64,000 nt of DNA from an uncultured bacterium (GCA_903922465.1 CAIXTV010000078.1:3624-67623); one strand, 5' to 3'; positions 40,869-50,860 are shown, counted from the stretch's first letter. Notes: a model not told the origin generated them from the letters alone. Numbers and translations are program-made.

Positions 40869-41369
40869 ATGGACCTATTCACTCAAAAAAAACTGTTAAT
40901 ACGCATTATCATCCTATTGATTGCTCTTAATTTGCTTTCCTTAGGTGCGTTTTTGTGGAAAAATTGTTCCCAATCCCATCCACCAGAAAATTGCAAGAAA
41001 ATTGAAAGAGGAGATGTTTCAGGAGTACTTAAGAAAGAGTTAAACCTGAATGAAAACCAATTTATACAAGTCACAAAACTAAGAAACTTATATTTTCAGA
41101 AAGAAAACATAATCTCTGAAGCTGTGCGCTCAGCAAGAGATTCAATGAATCAATTGATGTATAGCAGCAAAAATCATGAAGCATTAATAGTGGACCTTGC
41201 TCAAAAGGTTGCCGAAAAAGAATTTCAGATGGAAATGCTTCGATTCGAACAAGCAAAAGCACTTAAAACCATTTGCACCCCTGAGCAAATGGAAAAATTC
41301 GAAAGATTGGTAAAAGAAATCAGGGATTATTTTAAACCTGAAAATTCAAACAAAAGAAAAGAAAAATGA
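40869..41369 (+). CDS. Periplasmic Spy/CpxP-like (LTXXQ-type) helical protein
   Basis: N-terminal TM/signal segment and LNLNENQFIQVTKLR...FQMEMLRFEQAKALKTICTPEQMEKF helical repeats. Confidence 0.55.
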   Translation: MDLFTQKKLLIRIIILLIALNLLSLGAFLWKNCSQSHPPENCKKIERGDVSGVLKKELNLNENQFIQVTKLRNLYFQKENIISEAVRSARDSMNQLMYSSKNHEALIVDLAQKVAEKEFQMEMLRFEQAKALKTICTPEQMEKFERLVKEIRDYFKPENSNKRKEK

Positions 41370-43021
41370 CAATTAAGTATTATTCAACACTTAAAAACAA
41401 CTTTACGGCCTTAGCCGCTTTTTTATTATTAACTATAAATGCAGCAGCACAAACATTTACCGAAATATTGGGTAGGCCAACTAATAATTCCATCACGGTA
41501 AGCATCTTATTTAATCAAAATGTAAACATATATGTTGAATATGGCACGGTAGCGGGAGTATATACTAATTCAACAACTCAAATTAGCAACATTGTTAACA
41601 CCCCCGATGAAATTGATTTAACAAATCTGACACCTGATACCAAGTATTATTATAGAACAAGATATCGTTCAACTAGCTCAGGAGCTTTTCTTTCAGGCAG
41701 CATGCATTCCTTCCACACACAGCGTAGTTCCGGAAGTACATTCACTTTTACCTTAGAAGCAGATGAGCATTTGTATGACAAAAAGGGTGTAAAAAGCATT
41801 TATCAGCTATGTTTGAATAATCAGGCTCAGGATAAACCTGATTTTATGTTGAGTTTAGGTGATATTTTTGGTGATGATCACAATCCATTTACCATTACTG
41901 CAGCTCAGGTAGATTCACTTCATAAGGATTATTTGCCTTATCTTGGAAGTATCTGTCATTCGGTTCCGTTTTATGTTTGTCTGGGAAATCATGAAGGTGA
42001 ATTTGATTATTATTATGCTCAAACGCCTCCCAATAATTTGGCAATATGGGGAACCTTATCGCGAAAATTTTATTATCCAAATCCTTATCCTAATGCTTTT
42101 TATTCCGGTAATACTGATGTAGAACCTTACGGAATTGGCAATCCCGAAAACTATTATGCATGGACATGGGGAGATGCATTATTTGTTGTACTCGATGCTT
42201 ATCGCGATCAATGCGATACTTCCGTAAAACCCAAAAGTTGGAACTGGTCTTTAGGTCTGCCGCAATATTCCTGGTTTAAGAATACCCTAGAAGGAAGTTC
42301 CGCTAAATATAAATTTGTTTTTATTCATCAGCTCAGGGGTCAGGGAAGAGGAGGTGTATTAGATGCTCCCTTTTATGAATGGGGTGGATATGAGGCAAAT
42401 GGTACAAATTATAGTTTTACGACTAACCGTCCAGGCTGGGATAAACCTATTCATCAACTCATGAAAGACAACAAAGTAAATATTTTATTTCATGGTCACG
42501 ACCATCTTTTTTCACATGAAGTGTTGGATAGTATCGTGTATCAGGAATGTCCCATGCCCAGTGATTCGACTTATGAGATAGGGATGTTAGCAAATGCTGA
42601 CGCTTATGCTACCGATACTATTGGAGGTTCGGGTCATCTTAGGGTAACAGTTTCTCCTGCATGTGTTAAGGTAGATTTCGTACGCGTGTATTTACCTGCT
42701 GACACACTCAGCGGCCTTCATCATAATGGAGAAGTTGCATTTAGCTATACCATTGGTAATTGCGTCTCTACTGATATAAATACATTAAAATCCGATCCTT
42801 TTATTAAAGTGTATCCAAATCCAGCAAAATATTTTGTGAAGATAGAATTGCCTGAAGGAGTAAATCATTCTACGAATATCTTACTTGACATGATTGGTCA
42901 AACTGTATTGAAAACTAATTCTAATGACATTGATTTGACCCACATTCCTAATGGAATATATTTCTTAAATATAAAAACCGCAAAATTTGAAATGAATAGA
43001 AAAGTCATTATAAACCGATAA
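41366..43021 (+). CDS. Secreted metallophosphoesterase with PAP/PhoD-like N-terminal domain and T9SS type A C-terminal sorting domain
   Basis: Signal peptide, YYYRTRYR beta-sandwich, LGDIFGDD, CLGNHEGE and GHDH. C-terminus is VYPNPAKYFVKIEL...GIYFLNIKT. ATGA overlap with the preceding gene. Confidence 0.8.
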   Translation: MTIKYYSTLKNNFTALAAFLLLTINAAAQTFTEILGRPTNNSITVSILFNQNVNIYVEYGTVAGVYTNSTTQISNIVNTPDEIDLTNLTPDTKYYYRTRYRSTSSGAFLSGSMHSFHTQRSSGSTFTFTLEADEHLYDKKGVKSIYQLCLNNQAQDKPDFMLSLGDIFGDDHNPFTITAAQVDSLHKDYLPYLGSICHSVPFYVCLGNHEGEFDYYYAQTPPNNLAIWGTLSRKFYYPNPYPNAFYSGNTDVEPYGIGNPENYYAWTWGDALFVVLDAYRDQCDTSVKPKSWNWSLGLPQYSWFKNTLEGSSAKYKFVFIHQLRGQGRGGVLDAPFYEWGGYEANGTNYSFTTNRPGWDKPIHQLMKDNKVNILFHGHDHLFSHEVLDSIVYQECPMPSDSTYEIGMLANADAYATDTIGGSGHLRVTVSPACVKVDFVRVYLPADTLSGLHHNGEVAFSYTIGNCVSTDINTLKSDPFIKVYPNPAKYFVKIELPEGVNHSTNILLDMIGQTVLKTNSNDIDLTHIPNGIYFLNIKTAKFEMNRKVIINR

Positions 43022-43075
43022 AATTAATCTAATCCTTTATTCTTAGTCTTTAAAAATAACACCATAAATCAATCC

Positions 43076-44740
43076 ATGAAATTTAGCAAAATTAACTTCC
43101 TAATCATTTTCACAATTACCCTTATTAGCAAGCTTGCAATCAGCCAAACCTTTAATGAAATATTAAGCAGACCAAGCAACAACTCTATTACCATGAGCAT
43201 TTTGTTTGATCAGTCAACTGAAGTGTATTGGGAATATGGATTAACTTCAGGAACTTATACTGCAAATACTCCCACCTATAACGCTGATACGAATTCAGCA
43301 CTTATGGTTGATTTTGCAAATCTTCAGTCTAATAAGAAATATTATTACCGTACTCGTTATAGGGCAAGTGATTCTACCTCTGCATTTCTTGCTGGAACAG
43401 AGCATACTTTTAGAACCGCAAGAACATCTGGAAATACCTTTACTTTTGCTATTGAAGCCGACCCTCACCTTGATACCAACTCACTACTTTCTTCATATAC
43501 CTTAACCCTTCAAAATATTTTATCTAAAAACCCTGACTTTCTAATTGATTTGGGTGATATTTTCATGTCGGAAAAACTACCTGTAATTAATCAAACTGAA
43601 ATAAGCAATCGTCATAAGTTGTACCGACCTTTATTTGGAGCTATCTGTCATTCTGTCCCGCTATATTTAGTTTTGGGTAATCATGAAGGAGAGTTAGGAT
43701 GGCGATTAAATAATACAGACACATGTTTGCCTGTGATGGCTTCAAAAATACGTAAAACATTCTATGCAAATCCTCTACCGAGCACCTTCTATACTGGGGA
43801 CAGCATTCCTGAAAATTTCGTTGGGCTTCGTCAAAACTATTACGCATGGGAATGGGGCAATGCCCTTTTTGTTGTTCTGGATCCATTTTGGTATACAATC
43901 ACTAAACCTGATTGGGGCTGGACCTTAGGTTTGGCGCAATATAATTGGTTTAAAAATGTATTGACAAACAGTCAGGCTAAGTTTAAATTTGTTTTTTGCC
44001 ACAATCTGGTTGGAGGCAAAGGAAACGATGCACGTGGGGGCTCTGAATATGCAGATTTCTTTGAAATGGGAGGAAATAATGCAGATTCTATCTGGGGTTT
44101 TGATTTTAGTAGACTAGGTTGGCAAAAGCCCATTCACACACTGATGAGAGAAAATAACGTGAATGTTTTCTTCCATGGTCACGATCATTTTTATGGGAAA
44201 CAGGATAAAGATGGGATAGTATATCAGGAAGTTCCTCAACCATCAAATAAAAACATTACGAATATATCAGCAGCATTATACGGTTATGTTGATGGTGTAT
44301 TATTGCCCGGACGAGGTTATCTATTGGTTACAGTTACTGATACGAGTGTTAAGGTAGATTATATAAAGACCTATCTTCCAAATGAGGAAACCGGAGGTCA
44401 CAGTAATCAAGAGATGGGTGCTACTTATACAATATTCTCAACCTCTACAGGAATAGAAATAGCAACTCCTTCAACATTAAAATTAGAACAAAATTATCCC
44501 AATCCTTTTAATAATGAAACAACAATAAAATATGAAATCCCCTCAAAAAATAATGTGACGATTAAAGTTTTCGATATCTTTGGAAGAGAAAAAGCTACAT
44601 TATTAGATAAAGAACAGCATGTCGGAAAACATTCCATAAATTTAGATGCAAATAAATTGTCATTAAGCAGTGGAATATATTATTGCAAGCTTTCAATTGG
44701 TAAGGAATCTAAAAGTATAAAAATAATTTGTATAAAATAA
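43076..44740 (+). CDS. Secreted metallophosphoesterase, paralog of 41366..43021, with T9SS type A sorting domain
   Basis: Same motif set (LGDIFMSE, VLGNHEGE, GHDH). C-terminus is NYPNPFNNETTIKYEI...GIYYCKL. Confidence 0.8.
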   Translation: MKFSKINFLIIFTITLISKLAISQTFNEILSRPSNNSITMSILFDQSTEVYWEYGLTSGTYTANTPTYNADTNSALMVDFANLQSNKKYYYRTRYRASDSTSAFLAGTEHTFRTARTSGNTFTFAIEADPHLDTNSLLSSYTLTLQNILSKNPDFLIDLGDIFMSEKLPVINQTEISNRHKLYRPLFGAICHSVPLYLVLGNHEGELGWRLNNTDTCLPVMASKIRKTFYANPLPSTFYTGDSIPENFVGLRQNYYAWEWGNALFVVLDPFWYTITKPDWGWTLGLAQYNWFKNVLTNSQAKFKFVFCHNLVGGKGNDARGGSEYADFFEMGGNNADSIWGFDFSRLGWQKPIHTLMRENNVNVFFHGHDHFYGKQDKDGIVYQEVPQPSNKNITNISAALYGYVDGVLLPGRGYLLVTVTDTSVKVDYIKTYLPNEETGGHSNQEMGATYTIFSTSTGIEIATPSTLKLEQNYPNPFNNETTIKYEIPSKNNVTIKVFDIFGREKATLLDKEQHVGKHSINLDANKLSLSSGIYYCKLSIGKESKSIKIICIK

Positions 44741-44752
44741 AATCTTAGAATT

Positions 44753-47008
44753 ATGTGTAAAAAAATCAGCATTCTTCTTTTCCTGGGAATATGTTTCTCT
44801 GGCATAAAAGCTCAAAAATTACTCCCATTTAAACTTCCTGAAACTGGGCAAACTACAAGCTATACAACAACTCATGGAGAAGATTCGGACTATCTTATCA
44901 ATTCTCTATCCTTTACCGATAAGGGCGATGGAACCATAACCGACAACAACACCGGACTAATGTGGCAAAAGGTTGATGGTGGAGAAATGACAAATGAAAG
45001 TGCGATTACATTTAGTAATAATTTGATTCTTGGCGCTTATAGTGATTGGCGTTTACCAACAAGTATTGAGTTGTTTAGTATAAACAAATACTCACTTGCA
45101 AATCCAGCCTTAGATACAGCTTACTTCACAAAAACCTTAGCTGAATATTGGTGGACAAATGAAAAACAAGCAGGAGATACCACTAAAGTTTGGGTGGTGA
45201 ATGCAGGTGGTGGTATTGGTGCACATCCTAAATCAGAAACAGTAAGTGCAGGTGGAACAAAAAAAATCCATGTCAGGGCAGTAAGGAATATTTTTGGTAC
45301 AAGTTTTTCGTTACCACATTTTACCGATAATGGAAACGGTACAATTAAGGATAACTATACAGGTTTGATATGGCAAAAAATTCAATCTCCTGATACCTTA
45401 TCTTGGGAAGACGCTCTTACTTACGCAAATAATTTAACTTTAGCAGGAAAATCTGATTGGAGGTTACCAAATATTAAAGAGTTGCAATCGCTGAATGATG
45501 CGACTATTCACAATCCCTCATTCAATCATATATTCTTTACAAATGTTACTTCTGGTAACTATTGGACATCTACCACTCTACTGCAGCAAACTCCCACAAA
45601 GGCATGGGATTTAAATGTTGATTACGGCATTGTTTCCTATAATGATAAAACAAGAAAAGAAAACGTACTTTGTGTTAGAGGAGGCGTGGATAATCAGGAT
45701 ATGAATTTTTCTGAAGCTTTAATCCCTGCAGGGGAATATGCAATGGGTGACCATTTTGGTTTTGTTGACCCAGGTCATCCAAGTGATGAGTCACCAATCC
45801 ATACCGTTAAAGTAGACTCGTTTTATATGTCAAAGACTGAAACTACCAATCAACAGTTTTTGAACTTTTTGAATTCATACTTATTAAATGGCTTATTACA
45901 GGTTACAAGCAATACTGTCTACCTAACAGGTGACACGAATATTCTTTGCTATACAAACCAGTCTGCATCTTATTATAGCATCAGTTACAATGGAAGTTTA
46001 TTTTCACTAGCTGACTTCAGAGCCTATCATCCAATGACCGGGGTGTTATGGTTTGGTGATATTGCCTTCTGTAACTGGCTAAGTTTACAAAATGGGCTTC
46101 AAGAATGCTACAATCTGCATACAGGTGATTGTGATTTTGCTAAAGATGGCTATCGTTTGCCAACAGAAGCTGAATGGGAATGGGCAGCCCGAGGAGGACA
46201 CACTAATCCTTATTTAAAATATGAAATCGGAGATACAATCAATAGAAGAGCAGCGAACTTGCCCAATTCAAGCGATCCTTATGAAGGAACCAATGTAGCC
46301 TTATATCCTTTTACTACTCCTGCCGGTTTCTTTGATGGAACATTGAAACAAAAAACCGATTATAATTGGCCTGGAACTGCTGCCACTTATCAAACAGACA
46401 ATAGTGCTAATGGCTTTGGGTTATACGATATGCAAGGCAATGTTTGGGAACTTATCAACGATTGGTATGGACAAACCTATTACAGTTCAAGTCCCTATGA
46501 TAATCCCACGGGTCCCACCTCTGGATTCATCATGCCTGATGGAAAACCATACAGAGGAATGCGTGGTGGAAACTGGTACAATGGTCTCGATTCGAATGGA
46601 GTGAACGATGGACATTCAAGAGTATCAAATCGCAACCCTTCTTATTATCGCGGACCTCAAGATCCCAATCATCCATGGTATCATATAGGCTTTAGAGTGG
46701 TAAGGAAGTACACTGCTATTCCTTCAGATGTGCAGAATTTACAAGAAGAAAAAGGAAGTTTGCAAGTTTATCCAAATCCAGCTTCCTCAGAAACCACAGT
46801 AAAGTTCGAATTTTTACAAAATGCTGATGTTTCTCTGAAAATTTACAGTCCTCTTGGGCAATTGCTTTCTATTTTGTTTGAAGGAAAACTATCTCAAGGA
46901 GAACATTCTTTCCAATGGAATGCTCAAAAGGTTGCTGTTGGAATGTACACTTGTATTTTGACTACAAATAATATGACTTCAACACATAAAATATTAATCC
47001 TTAAATAA
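44753..47008 (+). CDS. Secreted protein: two DUF1566 (Lcl-like) modules, an FGE-sulfatase-family domain and a T9SS type A sorting domain
   Basis: DWRLPTSIELFSI and DWRLPNIKELQSL mark the DUF1566 modules. GYRLPTEAEWEWAARGG, GNVWELINDWY, MRGGNWY and IGFRVVR mark the FGE-like fold. C-terminus is VYPNPASSETTVKFEF...GMYTCIL. Confidence 0.8.
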   Translation: MCKKISILLFLGICFSGIKAQKLLPFKLPETGQTTSYTTTHGEDSDYLINSLSFTDKGDGTITDNNTGLMWQKVDGGEMTNESAITFSNNLILGAYSDWRLPTSIELFSINKYSLANPALDTAYFTKTLAEYWWTNEKQAGDTTKVWVVNAGGGIGAHPKSETVSAGGTKKIHVRAVRNIFGTSFSLPHFTDNGNGTIKDNYTGLIWQKIQSPDTLSWEDALTYANNLTLAGKSDWRLPNIKELQSLNDATIHNPSFNHIFFTNVTSGNYWTSTTLLQQTPTKAWDLNVDYGIVSYNDKTRKENVLCVRGGVDNQDMNFSEALIPAGEYAMGDHFGFVDPGHPSDESPIHTVKVDSFYMSKTETTNQQFLNFLNSYLLNGLLQVTSNTVYLTGDTNILCYTNQSASYYSISYNGSLFSLADFRAYHPMTGVLWFGDIAFCNWLSLQNGLQECYNLHTGDCDFAKDGYRLPTEAEWEWAARGGHTNPYLKYEIGDTINRRAANLPNSSDPYEGTNVALYPFTTPAGFFDGTLKQKTDYNWPGTAATYQTDNSANGFGLYDMQGNVWELINDWYGQTYYSSSPYDNPTGPTSGFIMPDGKPYRGMRGGNWYNGLDSNGVNDGHSRVSNRNPSYYRGPQDPNHPWYHIGFRVVRKYTAIPSDVQNLQEEKGSLQVYPNPASSETTVKFEFLQNADVSLKIYSPLGQLLSILFEGKLSQGEHSFQWNAQKVAVGMYTCILTTNNMTSTHKILILK

Positions 47009-47015
47009 TACAAAT

Positions 47016-48809
47016 ATGAAAAAATCAATTTTATTATGTGGCTTTGTAATAGCTACATTGATTGCCTATTCACAGGAAAGTTTTTTTGTTTCCACAGAAA
47101 CAAGGTATTGGGATGCTTCAAAAACCTACAGTGGTTACACACTTTTTGGCACAAGAGGAGTGTCTTATCTCGTTGATATGGAAGGGCACGTTATACATAC
47201 CTGGAATCTTGGCACAAATCCTCGTTTTACCGAATCAGGAACTTTGCTTGACGCCGTTGGTGGAAATCCAAGTAATCAGAATTCATGGAAAGAACTTGAT
47301 TGGAACGGAAATACAGTTTGGCAATACACCGAATCGCGTACTAATTATCATGGGCATCATGATTTTGCTAAAATTTATAACCCTAAACTTGGTGACTCAA
47401 CCTTTATTTATATCGCAAATAAAGACCTGACATCTGCGCAATGTCTCGCTGCCGGTTGCGACCCTGTAAATACCTATACCAATCCTCAAATGGATGCAAT
47501 TGTAGAGGTTAACAGACAAGGAACTGTTATATGGGAATGGTGCTTTTTCGATCATGTTGTACAGGATATAAATTCGAGCTTGCCCACTTATGGAGTAGTT
47601 GCTAATACCCCAGGAAAGATCGATTTAAACATTAGGGGCAACTCTGTCAAAAGCGATTGGATGCATTGTAATTCACTTGACTATAATCAGTCTTTGGATT
47701 ATATCGTTATTAATTCAGTGCATGGTGAGTTTTATGTTATTGACCATGGAAACACCTTTGTGCCAAATTATCCTGATAGTAGCATTCTTAAAGCTGCTTC
47801 GACTCTTGGAGATTTCAAATATCGCTTTGGTGACCCTGCTAAATATGACAAAGGAGATCCTCCCTCAGTTCTTGATAATTGGGAGAAAGCCACTAATGGA
47901 CACAAACAACTTGGAGGTTCACATGACATACAATGGATAAAACAAGGTTTGCCCGGAGCAGGGAATTTCATGGTTTTCTGTAATGGTCAAAATTTGTTTG
48001 AACTTACTCCACAGTCATACATCATCGAAATAAATCCTTATTTAAATTCATCTGGAACTGTGACTTCTGCTTATGTGAATCCTCCAGATGCGGGCTATAA
48101 TGTTGTGAATTCTCCCGACAATAATTTAATGAAGGAAAAGAAAAACATATCAAAACAGGTCGTTTGGAGATATTCAAGTAAAAATAATACCTCATTCTAT
48201 AGTACGATTGGATCAAGTGGGCAGCGATTGCCAAATGGGAATACTTTGATTTGCTCAATGAATGACGGGCACTTTTTTGAAGTAGCTCCATCCGATACTT
48301 CAATTGTTTGGGAATATATCAACCCTATGACTAGAGATGGAATTAAGAAAATAAAACCAGATAATTATCCCACTTATAACGGAGTGTTCAGAGCCTATCG
48401 ATATGCCAGCGACCATCCTGCACTCGTGGGTCAGGATTTGACAGCAGGAAGCACTATGACTGGTTCTACCCCCAGTTATTGGACACCTGCAGACCTTACA
48501 GCAAAAGAGGAAATTAATAACTATTTGAAACCAGAAGATGTGTTAAATCAGAATTATCCTAACCCATTTAATAATTCGACCACCATAGAGTTTAACATAA
48601 CGGAACCTAAAAAAGTAAGTGTTGAGATATTTGATTTCTCGGGCAATCTTGTAAAAACCCTTGTCAATAAATCTTACTCAAAAGGTGATTACACTCTTAA
48701 TTGGGACGCATCAAACGAAAGCGGAAATAAAGTAGCCAGTGGAATGTATTTCTATATTCTCAAAGCAAACAATCAACAGATAACAAAGAAAATGATATTA
48801 ATTAAATAG
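47016..48809 (+). CDS. Arylsulfotransferase (ASST)-like beta-propeller protein with T9SS type A sorting domain
   Basis: Signal peptide and recurring H-centred motifs (HGHHDF, WMHCNSLDYN, IDHG, SHDIQW, RLPNGNTLIC). C-terminus is NYPNPFNNSTTIEFNI...GMYFYIL. Confidence 0.65.
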   Translation: MKKSILLCGFVIATLIAYSQESFFVSTETRYWDASKTYSGYTLFGTRGVSYLVDMEGHVIHTWNLGTNPRFTESGTLLDAVGGNPSNQNSWKELDWNGNTVWQYTESRTNYHGHHDFAKIYNPKLGDSTFIYIANKDLTSAQCLAAGCDPVNTYTNPQMDAIVEVNRQGTVIWEWCFFDHVVQDINSSLPTYGVVANTPGKIDLNIRGNSVKSDWMHCNSLDYNQSLDYIVINSVHGEFYVIDHGNTFVPNYPDSSILKAASTLGDFKYRFGDPAKYDKGDPPSVLDNWEKATNGHKQLGGSHDIQWIKQGLPGAGNFMVFCNGQNLFELTPQSYIIEINPYLNSSGTVTSAYVNPPDAGYNVVNSPDNNLMKEKKNISKQVVWRYSSKNNTSFYSTIGSSGQRLPNGNTLICSMNDGHFFEVAPSDTSIVWEYINPMTRDGIKKIKPDNYPTYNGVFRAYRYASDHPALVGQDLTAGSTMTGSTPSYWTPADLTAKEEINNYLKPEDVLNQNYPNPFNNSTTIEFNITEPKKVSVEIFDFSGNLVKTLVNKSYSKGDYTLNWDASNESGNKVASGMYFYILKANNQQITKKMILIK

Positions 48810-48821
48810 GAGACTCAAATT

Positions 48822-50489
48822 ATGATAAACAAAAAAACAATTACAGCAATTAGCTTATTTTTTCTGTTCTTTACCTTAACTGAAATTTATGGACAAATAC
48901 AAACCATGGGGGTATTCATTAACGATACAGCTAAGGTTTTCAACGGCTATACCCTATTTGCCCCAAAACAAAACAACATGACGTATTTGATTAATAATAA
49001 AGGTCAGAAGATTCATGAATGGACAGCAAGTACCTATCCTCCCGGACAATCAGTTTATTTATTAGAAAACGGAAATATCCTTAGAACATGCATGACACAA
49101 GGAAATCTTGGGACAGGCGGTGGAGAAGGTGGCAGGATTGAAGAATACACTTGGAATGATAGTTTAGTGTGGTTTATGAATTATTCCACCACAACCTATA
49201 TGCAGCATCACGATATTAAAAAACTACCGAATGGAAATATCATTATGTTGGTTGTTGAGAAAAAGACACGTGCTGAAATAGAAGCTGCAGGCTTTGATAC
49301 GGCAACATTTCAACAGCCCGATTTTGGTCAAAAGAACTTTATTTTGCCTGACTGCATCATCGAAATTCAGCCAACATATCCATCAGGTGGCACAGTAGTT
49401 TGGGAGTGGCACGTTTGGGACCATTTGATTCAGACCCATGATTCCACAAAGGCTAATTATGGTGTTCCAAGTGCCCATCCCGAATTGATTGATTGTGCTG
49501 GAGATCATCGTACAAAACCTTTGTTTTGGAATCACATGAATGCTATTGATTACAATCCTACCCTCAACCAAATTGTGATGAGCGTTAGGGGAAACAGTGA
49601 ACTTTGGATTGTCGACCATAGCACAACAACGGCTCAATCTGCAAGTCATAGTGGAGGCGCCAACAATAAGGGAGGCGATTTATTGTATCGTTGGGGAAAT
49701 CCCTTAACCTATGGAGCAGGAACTGTTAGCAACCAAGCTTATTTCGAACAACACGATGTAGAATGGATTAAACCAGGATGCCCCGGGGCTGGCGATTTAT
49801 TGTGTTTTAACAATGGTGTAAACCGCAACTATTCGAGTGTCGACCAAATTACTCCTCCCGTAAATGGCAGTGGCGTATATTCAATTGTTGCAGGTTCGGC
49901 TTTTGCTCCAACCAACTTCACTTGGACTTATCAAGCAACACCTCCAACCTCACTTTATGCGCATGACATATCGGGTGCACAGCGTTTGCCTAATGGAAAT
50001 ACTACTATTTGTGCCGGTCCATTTGGTGCTTTGTATGAGGTTACGGCAGCAGGCGAAGTTGTTTGGAAATATATAAGCCCTGTTGACGAAACAGGTCCTT
50101 TAAACCAATACGACTCCATACATCACAACCCTGTTAGACCTGAAGAAACCATGAATTCAATATTTCGTGTTTATAAATACCCCACAACCTATAGCGCTTT
50201 TATCGGAAGAGATATGACTCCCGGAAATGTGATTGAACTATATCCAACTGGTGTAAATGAAAATCCTTTGAATACAATTCAGGTATATCCAAATCCTTTT
50301 ATTGATAAAATTCATATTAATAATACTTTAGGAAACGAGAATTATGAGTTGTTCAATGCCCTAGGGAAGCTTATTTGGACGGGTAAAAATATCGAAAACC
50401 AAAATTTCAATCATTCGCAAAGGGGGATGTACTTTTTAAAAGTACAAACAAATGATGCTTTTAAAACCTTTAAACTTTTAAAGCATTAG
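48822..50489 (+). CDS. Arylsulfotransferase (ASST)-like beta-propeller protein, paralog, with T9SS type A sorting domain
   Basis: QHHDIKKLPNGNII, WNHMNAIDYNPTLNQIVMSVRGNSELWIVDH, EQHDVEWI and RLPNGNTTIC. C-terminus is VYPNPFIDKIHI...GMYFLKV. Confidence 0.65.
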   Translation: MINKKTITAISLFFLFFTLTEIYGQIQTMGVFINDTAKVFNGYTLFAPKQNNMTYLINNKGQKIHEWTASTYPPGQSVYLLENGNILRTCMTQGNLGTGGGEGGRIEEYTWNDSLVWFMNYSTTTYMQHHDIKKLPNGNIIMLVVEKKTRAEIEAAGFDTATFQQPDFGQKNFILPDCIIEIQPTYPSGGTVVWEWHVWDHLIQTHDSTKANYGVPSAHPELIDCAGDHRTKPLFWNHMNAIDYNPTLNQIVMSVRGNSELWIVDHSTTTAQSASHSGGANNKGGDLLYRWGNPLTYGAGTVSNQAYFEQHDVEWIKPGCPGAGDLLCFNNGVNRNYSSVDQITPPVNGSGVYSIVAGSAFAPTNFTWTYQATPPTSLYAHDISGAQRLPNGNTTICAGPFGALYEVTAAGEVVWKYISPVDETGPLNQYDSIHHNPVRPEETMNSIFRVYKYPTTYSAFIGRDMTPGNVIELYPTGVNENPLNTIQVYPNPFIDKIHINNTLGNENYELFNALGKLIWTGKNIENQNFNHSQRGMYFLKVQTNDAFKTFKLLKH

Positions 50490-50513
50490 AAACCCCTAAA
50501 GACTAAAAAAATT

Positions 50514-50538
50514 AACCTCCTTTTGGGAGGTTTTTTTA
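50514..50538 (+). terminator. Intrinsic terminator closing the eight-gene unit
   Basis: AACCTCC-ttttg-GGAGGTT stem-loop followed by a T-run. Confidence 0.75.
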
Positions 50539-50552
50539 TGGAATAAACCCAA

Positions 50553-50860
50553 GGAATTACTCCTCTTGCCAGACTAAAGGGTCCTCTCACAGGACTAAAG
50601 CTTCCTCCAGCCAGACTAATTGGTCATAGTAACAAGACTAAATAGTCCTATGTATAATACTAAATACTCTGGAGTAGGACCAAATACTCCTGTTATAGGA
50701 CTAATTACTCCTTGTTGTTAGACTAAATAGTCCTCCCAGAAGACTATTTAGTTATACCTCCCAGACTAATTAGTCCTCCATCCGACCAATTAGTCCTCAA
50801 TTAATACTCGAAAGTCTTAAAATAGGAGTCGATAGTCCTCATTTAGGACTTATTTTGGAG
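50553..50860. repeat. Tandem array D: about 14 degenerate copies at about 21-bp spacing of a palindromic motif (A)GGACTAAWTAGTCCT
   Basis: Read directly. The best copies are AGACTAAATAGTCCT (50635, 50720) and AGACTAATTAGTCCT (50763, core GACTAATTAGTC is a perfect palindrome). Spacing is 20-22 bp. Confidence 0.85.
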
